A stretch of DNA of 52,227 nt from Octopus sinensis (GCF_006345805.1 NW_021835128.1:1-52227); one strand, 5' to 3'; positions 1 to 12,415 are shown, counted from the stretch's first letter. A program made the numbers and translations. Notes: a model not told the origin generated them from the letters alone.

Positions 1-1340
1 GGATTCTTTCAGTGCCAAAACTTGGCACAATTCCTTCAAGGATCTTCCAGATGTATATTATTGCATACCTCGCCCGCCTTCGCTCCAGGGACTAGAATGT
101 TAGCTGTCTCAGCTTTTTCCAGAAGCTGAGCTGTTGGTAACGAGACGATCTTCTCTGGTGAAGCTTCGTTGATTGCTTCAAGGTCCACTGTTAATTTTAC
201 ACTGTAGGGTAACCATAGCTGGGAGCAGTAGTCCAGGCAGCTGGGGACGAATGTCCTCCAGAGGACCTTATTGTTTCTTCCTCTCTGGACCCGAACATTC
301 TCAAGATCCATTCAGCCAATCGTCTGGTAATGTGCATGTTGGAAGATGTATCATTTCTCATGTCGTACCCCAAGTCCCTCACTGATTGAGTTCTGGGATT
401 GTATCCCCTGTGGACCACTGTACCCTATAAGTTTTGGACGCTGGTAGCGCAGGGCTTAGAATTTTTCAGTATTAAATGGCACATTATTGTCCTCAGCCCA
501 TCTGAAAATTGAGTCCAACTCCTACTGCAGGTGTGCAACATCGTTGGGGTTCTGTATTTTCTGCGAGACTTTCGTATCCTCTGAGTAGCTAGCAAGGGTG
601 AGGTCATTCCTTACCTCACTGATCCTGGTTGGACTATCTTTGAGGGAGCCATCCTTTTGGAAGGGGGGGGGTCCTATTTTGCAGCATACTGAAGCTGTTT
701 CTTTAGCATAATGAAAGAAGGCCTTTGGGTTTGACTTAATGTTTTTTTATAATACAGACTTCTTTGTCTGCTCTCTCCCTCACATAGGATTGTTGCAGGG
801 TTTTTTCAATCACCATCAGTGTTGCTTTTAGGCAGGACCTTTCTATACTTTTGGAATGTTGGCTGAAGCGATTTTCAACCTTCGTCCGTCGTCTCATGAG
901 GATCTTCCTCACCCTTGGAATCTCGATCCTTTTTGCGTTAGCCTTGTACTCTGGGGCATATTTCTGGCATATGGTTTGCATAGCAAACATGAAATATTCT
1001 AGTTTCATGCCAATGTCTGGTGTGGAGAGACTTTTCGGCCTGTCCTGTCTGAGGATTTCTTTTTGGATCGATTTCCAGCCAGCTTTGTGGGAATTCGGAT
1101 TGGAGAGATTTTGGGCGCTTCATTTAGGTTGTGTGTCTCTGATTACTTTTGTTCCATACATATACAGCTCTATTATGTTGTTATTCGAAACTAATGTCGG
1201 CGTCACTTTCACATCATGAACGATGGCCATATTGTTCATGAAGCAGAGATCCAAAATGTTAATCATCCTGGTTGGCCTGAATACAACTTGCCCCATGAAT
1301 ATGGTTTAGGGAGATTGAGCAGGGACTCCACCTGTGCTTG
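1..1340 (-). mobile_element. Decayed CR1/L2-group LINE ORF2 remnant (endonuclease C-terminus, linker, RT C-terminal part); RT core missing
   Basis: Minus-strand translation across stops and frameshifts gives NILDLCFMNN..IVHDVKVTPTLVSNNNIIEL (APE endonuclease end), KNIKSNPKAFFHYAK..KIGP (linker), LASYSEDTK..HLQ*ELDSIFRWAEDNNVPFNTEKF (decayed FADD motif onward), SVRDLG, LDYCSQLWLP and SLERRRARYAIIYIWKILEGIVP. Confidence 0.85.
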
Positions 1341-1379
1341 TTTGCAACGAGTCACATGAATATGCAGAATACATACAAA

Positions 1380-1768
1380 CGTACACACATACATATATGC
1401 ATACGCACACACACATGCATACATACATACATACATACATACACATACATACATACATACATACATACATACATACATACATACATGTGTATGCGCACAC
1501 ACAGGCCCATACACATGCACACAAACAAACAAAAAGAACGCAGCTTAAATAACGGAGAGAGTCAACAACTATTATAAAGGTTGCAAGACGCAACGAGAAT
1601 TTTAGAAAAATAAATAAGTAAATGATTTGAAATTTTACCAGTGAGTGTGTTAAATTATAAGGCACTAAAAGAGAATGTCTCTTCCCAGACACTACAGAAT
1701 ATGCTTCAGCACACGAATTCACATAAAGAATCTTGCAAACCAAATCCAAACACACACACATATTATAT

Positions 1769-1821
<53 letters not shown>

Positions 1822-1911
1822 CATATATTCCCGGACATTTGTATACAGACATATAGACATATTGTATACGCATATACGTATACATACATATATATATGGT
1901 ATATATATATT

Positions 1912-1948
<37 letters not shown>

Positions 1949-2030
1949 TCATACATGTACATATGTATAAATGTGTATACATACGCATGCTTACACACTC
2001 ATACACACCCACACCACATATATACATGTA
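1380..2030. repeat. Compound microsatellite block (TACA)n/(CA)n/(TA)n
   Basis: Direct reading; source of several low-complexity pseudo-ORFs. Confidence 0.95.
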
Positions 2031-2437
2031 AACGCAATCTTGTTTACGGAGAGTAAACGTACGACTAACATAAGAAGACATACCTACAGAACTACCAAAA
2101 CAGATACACACTTGAAAACATCTTCATACAAGATTCAAACAAGCAGCGACCATGAGAAATATAGATACACACTTGTAAAGAAACGTCAGTCTAAAATCAC
2201 CTTCTCATACAAACATTCTCCCAAAATACATGTACGATCTTATATGGAAGCACCTATGCAGCAGCGGTAAGAACAGACAACATGACATACATGAAAATGA
2301 AACTACACAGCTATCAGACATATTCCAACTCAGTGGTTCTGTACTTTTTTTTGATTCCCGTTTTACTCCACTGGGCCTCTATAGCCATTCAATGTATATA
2401 TATGAATAAAACCTTACTGTATTTTTATAATCAAATA

Positions 2438-2591
2438 GGCGCAGGAGTGGCTGTGTAGTCAGAAGCTTGCTTTTGAGTTCGGGTTCGGGTTCAGTGCCAC
2501 TGCGTGACACTTTGGGCAGGTGTCTTCTATAGCCACGGGCCAACCAATACCTCGTGAATGGATGTGGTAGACGAAAACTAAAAAAAGCTTG

Positions 2592-2647
<56 letters not shown>

Positions 2648-2866
2648 TTGTGTGTGTGTGTGTGTGTGTGTGCGTGCGTGCGTGCGTGTGTAAGTGTGCC
2701 TGTATGTGTAGGAGTGGCTGTGTGGTAAGTAGCTTGCTTATAAACCACATGGTTCCGGGATCAATCCCACTGCGTGACACCTTGGGCAATTGTCTTCTAC
2801 TATAGCCTCGGGTCGCCCAACGCCTTGTGAGTGGATTTGGTAGACGGAAACTGAAACAAGCCCGTC

Positions 2867-2913
<47 letters not shown>

Positions 2914-3123
2914 TGTGTATATGTTTGTTTTCTTCCAGCATCGCTTGACAACCTATGCTGGTGTGTTTACGTCCCCGTAACTTAGCGGTTCGGCAAAAAG
3001 AGACCGATAAAATAAGTACTAGGCTTACAAAACAATAAGTCCTGCGGCCGATTTGCTCGACTAAAAGGCGGTGCTCCAGCATGGCCATAGTCAAATGACT
3101 GAAATAAGTAAAAGAGTAAAAGC
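2438..3123 (+). mobile_element. SINE family A (tRNA-like head, internal microsatellite, ~200-bp tail): two heads in tandem (about 2438-2590 and 2708-2867) sharing one tail
   Basis: Head GGCGCAGGAGTGGCTGTG..GGTTC..ACCTTGGGCA(A/G)..GAAACTGAAA..GCCCGTCG occurs twice, separated by (GT)n; then (TA)n and tail TCGCTTGACAACC..CTCCAGCATGGCC..AAGTAAAAGAG. Same modules as the complete copy at 48354-48792. Confidence 0.85.
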
Positions 3124-3480
3124 GTATATATATATATACATACATACATATATATCCAAAATGAGTTTAAAGGGATAATATAATCGTGTTTCCTCTTAAA
3201 TCGTTTTCATATGCCAAATAAACACAACGGTCCTTTAGTGATACCCGAGTTAACAATAAGTTGCTAGACTCTGGTTATCATTCTCGCTTGGTAAATCCGA
3301 GTATTCTATTCAGGACTGCATAGTTTCCGTAGAGTAAGTAATAATACTAATAGTGTTATTTCCAGTGATTAACAGTTATTTATGAAAGAATGCTGTAAAT
3401 AACTGAAAATAACTGTTTAATAGAATTATATATGTGGAAAATCTCCGTTTTCGTTATCATTATTAATATTATCTGTGAAA

Positions 3481-3860
3481 GGCGGCGAGCTGGCAGAAAC
3501 GTTAGCATGCTGGGCGAAATGCTTAGCGGTATTTCGTCTGCCGCTACGTTCTGAGTTCAAATTCCGCCGAGGTTGACTTTGCCTTTCTTCCTTTGCCAGT
3601 TACGCACTGGGATCAATATAATCGACTTAATCCGTTTGTCTGTCCTTGTTTGTCCCCTCTGTGTGTAGCCCCTTGTGGGTGGTAAAGAAATAGGTATTTC
3701 GCCCGTTGCTACGTCTGAGTTCAAATTCCGCCGAGGTTGACTTTGCTTTCATCCTTTCGACGTCGATAAATTAAGTACCAGTTGTGTACTGGGTCGATGT
3801 AATCGACTATCCCCCTACCCTGAATTTCAGGCCATGTGCCTTTTCTAGAAAGGATTATTA
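3481..3860 (+). mobile_element. SINE family B full copy (3481-3694, tail 1) followed by a 5'-truncated copy (3695-3860, tail 2)
   Basis: GGCGGCGAGCTGGCAGAAACGTTAGC..GAGTTCAAATTCC (B-box-like)..GCCTTTC.TCCTTT..CTGGGGTCGAT; more than 10 homologous copies in the window. Confidence 0.85.
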
Positions 3861-3877
3861 GTATTGTGTGTGTGTGT

Positions 3878-3927
<50 letters not shown>

Positions 3928-3944
3928 TTTGTCTCTCAGTACCA

Positions 3945-4140
3945 CTTGACTATCTCTATTAGTGAGCTTACGTCCCTGCTATCTAGCGGTTCGGCAAACG
4001 GGACGGATAGAATAAGTACCAGACTTAAAACAAAAAATTTAGTACTGGGGTCGATTCATTCGACTAAAATTACTTCAGTGTAGTGCCCCAGCATGGTCGA
4101 GGTCTAATGATTGAAACAACTAACAGAGAAGATAGAAGAT
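3945..4140 (+). mobile_element. SINE family A tail without head
   Basis: TAGCGGTTCGGCAAA..GATAGAATAAGTAC..CTGGGGTCGATTCATTCGACT..CCCCAGCATGG matches the family A tail. Confidence 0.75.
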
Positions 4141-4228
4141 AAATATTATTAGGAATTGTATAAAAAAAAAAAAACTTGTATGGACCCTACAAGGGCCATA
4201 TGGACTCAAGCTGAGAACCACTGCGCTA

Positions 4229-4456
4229 GGCGAGCTGGCAGAAACGTTAGCACGCCGGGCGAAATGCGTAGCCGTATTTCGTCAGTCGTTACGTTGTGAG
4301 TTCAAATTCCGCCGAGGTCGACTTTGCCTTTCATCCTTTCGGGGTCGATAAATAAAGTACCAGTTACGCACTGGGGTCGATGTAATCGACTTAATCCCTT
4401 TGTCTGTCCTTGTTTGTCCCCTCTATGTTTAACCCCTTGTGGGCAATAAAGAAATA
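4229..4456 (+). mobile_element. SINE family B copy (tail 1)
   Basis: Near-identical to 43325-43555 and 27916-28146. Confidence 0.9.
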
Positions 4457-4560
4457 TATATGTATATGTTAACACACACACACACACACATACACACACA
4501 CACACACCTATTTACATGCACATATTTATGTATGTATGTACGTCTGTATGCAAGTAAGCA

Positions 4561-4564
<4 letters not shown>

Positions 4565-4592
<28 letters not shown>

Positions 4593-4785
4593 ACAGAGAG
4601 AGAGGGAGAGAGAGACAGAGAAAGAGTGAGAGAAGAGAGAGAGAGAGAGAGAAACAGAGAGAGAAGGAGAGAGAGACAGAGAAAGAGTGAGAGAAGAGAG
4701 AGAGAGAGAGAAACAGAGAGAGAGGGAGAGAGAGACAGAGAAAGAGTGAGAGAAGAGAGAGAGAGAGAGAGATGGAGAGAGAGAG

Positions 4786-4790
<5 letters not shown>
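4565..4790. repeat. (GA)n-derived higher-order tandem repeat, ~60-bp period, about 3 copies
   Basis: Marker AAACAG recurs at 4591, 4652 and 4711 with the same interruptions (GGG/AGG, GACAG, AAAGAGTGAGAGAA). Confidence 0.85.
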
Positions 4791-4821
<31 letters not shown>

Positions 4822-5678
4822 CGTGTGTGTGTAATCGATTCAAGTGTTAAAGCGCCTGTCTAGCATACGAGGCGTACTGGGATAAATGGCCGAATTATCC
4901 ATCTGCTCCAAATTTCAATAGCGGTGCTTTAGCATAATCAAAGCTCACAGGCAGAAGCAGGTAAAGGAATAAAAAAAAAAGTACCCTGGCATATACAACG
5001 GTTTCACATTGACTGTTGTTAAGGTTGACGTCACTTCAGACGCGCTGGTCGATCGCCTCCAGTCACTCGACGTTGGTCAAATCAAGACAACAGAAGGAAA
5101 CATTTGTCCAAAGCCATCGCACAGTGGAATGAACCCACGGACAACGAATCTGCGAAGTGAAAGTTTTAACGACACAACTCTGTCTTTATTTATACTCCTA
5201 AGCTTACTACATTATTTTATTGAAGGCATATGTTTAGAATTAAATTTTTCCCTCCCCCTTTGGAAATAAAGAGGTACGAAGTGTATTATAATGGAATAGT
5301 TTTAATATACATTAAGTTATTATACTCTTAATTATATCAGCCAAAGCATTTCCAATTAGTTGTTTTTAACATGAAACTAATCTGAGCTTAGCGAAAGCTA
5401 AAACGTAAAATTAAGTTGTACATGTTAAGTATCATGTTAAAATCCTATTGGGCATATATCTGTGAAAGATTCTGAAATGCTGAAACTTATAGACAGGACT
5501 TATATATATATAGTCTGTCTGTGTGTGCGTCTTATATGTATATGTTATAGAGCGCTTTCAGCATGACCAAACTAAATTAAATGAAGTCTATCAGAATTAT
5601 GAAAGCTAAACATCTTACTTAAAAATTATGTTTCTTGTTTTGAGAGGCGGAGCTTTCATATATATATATATATATATG

Positions 5679-5863
5679 TAAACAATTCATAAATAAGGGC
5701 AAACGAAAAAATTTCTAATGCCAAATATGCCGAAAAATTGGACATATTGTCCATTAACCATATAATTTTTTGAAATATTATATGGTAATGGACAATATGT
5801 CCAATTTTTCGGCATATTTGGCATTAGAAATTTTTTCGTTTGCCCTTATTTATGAATTGTTTA
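5679..5863. repeat. 185-bp near-perfect inverted repeat (arms ~87 bp, 10-nt spacer)
   Basis: TAAACAATTCATAAATAAGGGCAAACG..CCATATAAT / TTTTTGAAAT / ATTATATGG..CGTTTGCCCTTATTTATGAATTGTTTA; I see one 1-nt indel between the arms. Confidence 0.95.
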
Positions 5864-6104
5864 TAAATTTAATCTTTAAAGGTATTTTTTAATATGCTGG
5901 CCATTAGTAAAATTTTTTTCGAAAATAATTTTTTCCGAAAATAATGTTATCCTACATTAGATATATATATATATGTATATATTTACTTAAATGAAATGTT
6001 TAAATTTATAAGGGACATCCCTGAAATTACAAGGGAAATTTATAAAGAAAATCATTGAGACTGGGAAAAGTTCATACCATATATGAGTGCGAAGCTGACC
6101 TGCC

Positions 6105-6146
<42 letters not shown>

Positions 6147-6289
6147 TCCCAGTCTGATCTAAGTGTACCGCATTATTTTAATGACAGCTGTGTGTTTCTA
6201 GGAAAAATTCATCGCTTTTTGTAGTGGGTTGAGCGCCCACACTGGTTTGAGTGCGAGTGATTTTATTATAGTGTAGTACTGTAGCACTG

Positions 6290-6670
6290 TGGAGGCGCAA
6301 TGGCCCAGTGGTTAGGGCAGCGGACTCGCGGTCATAGGATCGCGGTTTCGATTCCCAGACCAGGCGTTGTGAGTGTTTATTGAGCGAAAACACCTAAAGC
6401 TCCACGAGGCTCCGGCAGAGGATGGTGGTGATCCCTGCTGTACTCTTCACCACAATTTCTCTCACTCTTACTTCTGTTTCTGTTGTACCTGTATTTCAAA
6501 GGGCCGGCCTTGTCACTCTCTGTGTCACGCTGAATATCCCCGAGAACTACGTTAAGGGTATACGTGTCTGTGGAGTGCTCAGCCACTTACACGTTAATTT
6601 CACGTGCAGGCTGTTCCGTTGATTCGGGTCAACCGGAACCTTCGTCGTCGTAACCGACGGAGTGCTTCCA
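6290..6670 (+). mobile_element. tRNA-derived SINE family C with 12-bp target-site duplication
   Basis: A-box TGGCCCAGTGG, B-box GGTTTCGATTCC; ACTGTAGCACTG flanks both ends (6278-6289 and 6671-6682). Confidence 0.9.
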
Positions 6671-7099
6671 ACTGTAGCACTGATTCTGCGCTACAGTGGT
6701 GGCGTTAGTTACATTCATTAACCAGTACTGCAAATCTACCGTGACACCGTGATCCTAAATACCAAGGATAGTATGGAACTGTAATACTATCCTTGATATT
6801 TAGCCCAAAGCCTGCTCTAATCGAATATACCAATATTCTTTGTTTAAATACATAGTTTACTAGCGCTACATTTTCTAACGGCCACTTCATTTTAAAGATC
6901 GGTGTGCTTTTAAGAACGTGGATCATCTATGGTCGCTATGTTTGCAGATCAGTCGTTAATCCGAACAGGTCTGCAGTAATCTAATCAGTCATGGGCAAAA
7001 TGCAACCGGCGGTACTTCTTGAATGGCTCACCTAAATGAAAAATTACCTTGAATCTTTTTAGTAGTGCGAATCTCCTGATGATGATCCACGTCTCATGT

Positions 7100-8260
7100 G
7101 GTCCGCCTAATGATAATCCACGTCTCATACAGTCCACTTAATGATGATCCACTTAATGATGATCACAGTGACCAAAACCAGCACCATTGCTACCACAATG
7201 ACCAAAGCCAACAGCCTCGTCATCACAACTGCGAACAAATCACCGCCATTTCGAACTCACCAACGACTAGCATCAAAATTCTCCTCTACCACCATTAACA
7301 CTAACAAAACTATTATCAATAACATTTATTATCAACAAAACTGAAAAGAAACACCACTCAACTTCCCGTACTAAGACCTATACCACCAAAAACAAAATCA
7401 CCTCCACCACCAACAACATCATGGCCACCACTATTGTTAGCAACATCTCGACAGTAATCCCCCCTACTATCGCATCCACCATTACTATCATCACTACCCC
7501 AAAACTGCTTCCATCTCCACCATCACCAGTACTACAACCATCACTGCCACCAACAGCAACACTATGACCACCACTATTGTTATCAGCATCACAACAGAAA
7601 TCACCCCTCACCATCACATCCACCACCAGTACCATCATCACTACAACCATCACCACTGCTATTTTCACCCCATCACACTCTAGAAAAGAATACGTAAGGT
7701 AACGTTGGTTTCGGTTTCCTATATATGTAGGTAACAATTGGGATGGTAACGGTAGGAATATCACAAGTCAGTAGGTTCACAGCTAAGCTAAAATACAATT
7801 CCAAGAACAACCATCTAAAACCACTAGACCCAGCACCAACAACAGCAGCAGAACCACCACCACCACGTTTTAGAAAAGAATTCATAGACTTACGTAGGAT
7901 AATGTTGGACCAAGTTTTCTTGAATATATAAGCTGGAATGGTCACGGTAGGAATGTCTTTGGTCATAGAACAGTAGGATTTGAAAACTTTCAAAATGACA
8001 GCCAAATTGATAATTTTACTTGTGCATGTATTGTATGTGTAGAAAATTGTATAAATTGTATAAATTGGGCTAAGAAAAAAACCCACTCCCAAGAACGCCC
8101 ATCTACAACCACCACCACGCTTTAGGAAAGAGAATTCGTAGGCTAACGTATCGGAATGGTCACGTCAGGAACGTCTTTGATCAGGTCTGTATGATCGTTT
8201 AGCTAACCTCGGCTAAACAACCACAACAACGACGACCCCTACTCCCACCCCCAGCTATAG
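7100..8260 (+). repeat. CAC/CAA-rich low-complexity tract containing three decayed tandem copies of a retroposon-like 3' tail
   Basis: Unit TTTAG(G)AAA..GAAT..CGTAGG.TAA.GT..GGAATGGTCACG..AGGAA.GTCTTTG recurs near 7680, 7870 and 8120. The last copy ends GGCTAAACAACCACAAC, like the tails at about 28700-28740 and 29625-29670. Confidence 0.5.
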
Positions 8261-8920
8261 AGACGTTATAGACACCAACACAATCGCCACTCGCGCCCAT
8301 AATTCCCACATTTCACCTTACTACCTGGCCATTCAGCACACGCGTAATGAAGACGTCGAAAAGTCGCTTACTCGATTCTAATCAACTAGCACGCGCAGAG
8401 GCACACGCAAACACAAAGCGAAACTATCATAAAACTACGCAAAAACCACCGTGCCTACACTCACACGCACACTTTCATTTTGATATATGTAAGACTGATT
8501 TTATTTTCCTATATATTTCGTCGTTCGTTTGTGTAAGTGAGAGAGTGTGAGTGTGTTGTGTGTGTTTCTTAATTATTGCTATTATTGTTAATTTTCTTCT
8601 TTTTTTTTTCTTCATATTCATTTTCGAGCTTGATGGATTACATGTTGCCCGAAGAACTAAGAAGTATAAATGCATACACTGCACATTGCTACGTGCATAC
8701 ATACAGACATACAGTATGGCCACACACAAACTTATATATATGCGTGTGTTTGTGTGAGTGTATGCAAGTGTGCGGGTGTGAGCGCACACATACAGTGTTA
8801 TATATATATATATATATACGCAGTAAACTTGCATGTATAATGAAATAAAAAATATATGTATATATATATATACATGCATATATAATCTAATATATATATA
8901 TACATATATATATAATCTAA

Positions 8921-8956
<36 letters not shown>

Positions 8957-9589
8957 TATATATATATATTATATATATGTATAATCTAATATATATATAC
9001 ATACATTTATAATCTAATTATATATATATATATACACACCCACATATGTATATGTAGAAATATATATATATGCATCTCCCTTCCTACCCCTCTCTCTCTT
9101 ATATATATATACATATACACACACGCAGATATATGCATATATAATCGAATATATATGTACACACACACACACACACTCACACACACAAGCACAACACAAT
9201 ATGTAGATAAATGTCTCCAATTATGATGTGGATGTACGTGTGTGAAAGTATATGCCGTAATGCATATATGAACATCTTTTGTGTGTAAACTAGATGAATT
9301 GAGAAATAAATTTGAAAACTTTCAAAATGACAGCCAAATTGATAATTTTACTTGTGCATGTATTGTATGTGTAGAAAATTGTATCATCTGTGTACATATA
9401 CACACGTTTGCCTGTGAAGCAGGCAATGTGTGTATATGTATGCACGCCTGTATGTGTGTTTGTATTGATATGAGTAGGCGAGTGTATGAATTTGAAAGTA
9501 GACAATGATATCCGTTTCTGTACATCACGTATAATGTTCTGCTTTGATTGACCAACCGACCTTCCTAAGCCTGCCTTCTTACCTACCTA

Positions 9590-9696
9590 CCTGCCTGCCT
9601 ACCAACCTACGTACCTACGTACCTACGTACCTACGTACCTACGTACGTACGTACCTACCTACCTACCTACCTACCTACCTATCTATTTATTTATTG

Positions 9697-9781
<85 letters not shown>

Positions 9782-9785
9782 TAAC
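9590..9785. repeat. Tetranucleotide microsatellite series (CCTA)/(CGTA)/(TCTA)n
   Basis: Direct reading. Confidence 0.95.
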
Positions 9786-10410
9786 ATATACATTATTTGG
9801 ATAAAATGTTCACTCTAACGGGTGTCTACCCGTTTCACTTCTTCAGGGATTTTAAAGTCAATCTCCCTGTTTGTCTGGTTGCCTGTCCGTTTGTAACCAT
9901 TCCCTCCCCACTCCTCTTGATTGTGTTGTACCGTAGCAGGAGTCTTAAATGCATTTCCTGGAAAGTGAAGAATCAAATAAAACTGAAAGATTTTTCTACT
10001 GCAAAGGGAAATTCATATTTCGGTGATGCAGTTTTGGCAATGCCATCAGGTTTGTATGTAAGGTGACACATTTATTTTGAGGTTTTGAAGGTTACTATTT
10101 CTAGCAACAATAATGACTTCTATTGCGTATTGATATTCGTGACACACGCACACACACATACGGTCACAATGCTTGATTACAAATCAGGCTTAATCATGTC
10201 CTGTGAGGAGCTAAACCACAACGACAATAAAATACACATAGTTAAGAAACTCGCTTTGCTATCATGTGGTTTCGGGTTGAGTCCTACGTACGGCACCTTT
10301 GGGCGAGTCTTATACTGTAGACCCGGGTCGACTAATTTGGTAGATGGGGACTGTGTAGAAGACAATTATATATAGATATATATGTACATATATATATATA
10401 TATGTGTGTG

Positions 10411-10712
10411 TGGAGGCACATGGCTTAGTGGTTAGAGCAGCGGACTCGCGGTCGAGGGATCGCGGGTTCGAATCTCAGACCGGGCGATGGGTGTATTTAT
10501 GAGCGAAGCACCTAAGCTCCACGCGGCTCCGACAGAAGGTAATAGCAAACTTCTGCTGACTCTTTCGCTACAACTTTCTCTCCTCTTTCCTCCCGCATCT
10601 TGCAGCTCACCTGCGACGGACCGGCGTCCCGTCCAGGTGGGGAACCTATAAGCCAAGGAAACCGGGAAACTGGCCGTATGAGCCAGGCGTGGCTCGAGAA
10701 GGACGAACAAAA
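10411..10712 (+). mobile_element. SINE family C, second subfamily (different 3' half)
   Basis: Head like 6290 (TGGCTTAGTGG, GGTTCGAATC); 3' part CTGCGACGGACCGGCGTCCCGTCCAGG..GGCTCGAGAAGG is shared with 20288-20586. Confidence 0.85.
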
Positions 10713-10730
10713 GATATATGTGTGTGTGTG

Positions 10731-10769
<39 letters not shown>

Positions 10770-11089
10770 CTGTGTGTATGTGTGTGTAAGTCTTCGTGTG
10801 CGTGTGAATCTATGTGCGTATGTGTGGTTGTGTCTGTATTTGTTCCCGCTCACCTCAACATCGCTTGACAACTGCTGTTTTGTTTACGTCCCGAAACTTA
10901 GCGCCTCAGGAAAAGAGACCAATAGCATAGCTATGAGACCGAGAAGGAAAAAATGCACGGGGGTCAATTTATTTTAGTCCAGTAAAACCTTCAAGGTGGT
11001 CCCCTAACATGGCCGCAGTCCAATGACTGGAAGAAAAACGTTCCTATGAACACTCACACATACGCAAAAACGAAAATTGTATCGACGAA

Positions 11090-11095
11090 CACGCG

Positions 11096-11154
<59 letters not shown>

Positions 11155-11800
11155 ACACACACACATAGATATACCAGCACGCTTAAACATAAACTCAGAC
11201 ATAGAGCAAATATATACACACACATGCATACCTGCACACGTGCATGCCTTCGTACATACACATTCTTACACACGTGCACACGTACCTGCATACAAGCATT
11301 TATATATACAAAAGTATATGCAACTGTACATAAATGCATACATACATACAATCATGCATGCAAACATGCACGCATAAATATAAGCATACATACATATATG
11401 CATACGTACAATCATACATACAAACATAAATACATAAATACAGGCATACATACAACGATACAAATATACATACAATCATACATACACACATGCATATATA
11501 AATATGAACATACACACAATGATAAATATAAGCATACATGCATACATACATACATACATACAAACGTGTATACATAAATGCAATCATACATAACCGCATA
11601 CATACATAAATACATACAGCTGTACATACACATAAACATGCAAAGATGCGGACATTCATCACATATATACATACATCACCAAAAAGAGCACGCCTACACA
11701 CAGATGCATGCATGTACACGCACTAACATGTATATATGCTGTACTACACGCAAACCCACACATGTAGACGCTGCACATACCAAATTATATTCATACGCCA
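11090..11800. repeat. (CA)n and degenerate TACA/TGCA low-complexity array
   Basis: Direct reading. Confidence 0.9.
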
Positions 11801-12363
11801 TAACGCCACCAAATATTGAACTATATTAACCGAACATCCAGTCGGCCAATCAACTACCCCTCTCCATCATGCTTCCGCACTCACGCATGCGCTCTACACC
11901 ACCCCAATATCAACCTCACCTGACCACCAATCACCCTTTCTTCCTATATCGGAATATTCTATACACGCATAGAATAGACGTCAGGAAGTCGGAACAATCT
12001 CACAGCCGTTCTTTTCTTTCTCTTTCTCTCTGATTCTCTCATTCTCATTCTCTATCAACCTCTTATCACACTTGTAAGCATATATTCGCACACGATCATA
12101 CAAGAAAGCACACACATACACACGCACGCACACACACACACACACACAGACGCACGAACACTTGTATCTGTATGTATGAATACATAAACGAATACACGCG
12201 AACACACATACCGTATTCAGGTTATTTTTGCCGGATTAGGGTCTCGTGTTAAAACATGCAACACATGCATAATCATTGCAAAGGAAAACTTGTCAGATAT
12301 GTAATATATACGCATGCAATATGCCATACACGCCACTATACATACATACATACATACATACAT

Positions 12364-12415
<52 letters not shown>

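Noticed and set aside
1263-2111. Long ORFs (up to 230 aa) rich in YI/CV/HT; similar ORFs at 8475-9002, 11077-11719, 22881-23494 and 28865-29377
   Set aside because: They are translations of stop-free microsatellites, not genes.
6291-6365. tRNA-like sequences here and at 10411, 20288, 32711-32784 and 40470-40542
   Set aside because: No closed acceptor stem, and each continues into a shared SINE body, so they are SINE heads rather than tRNA genes.
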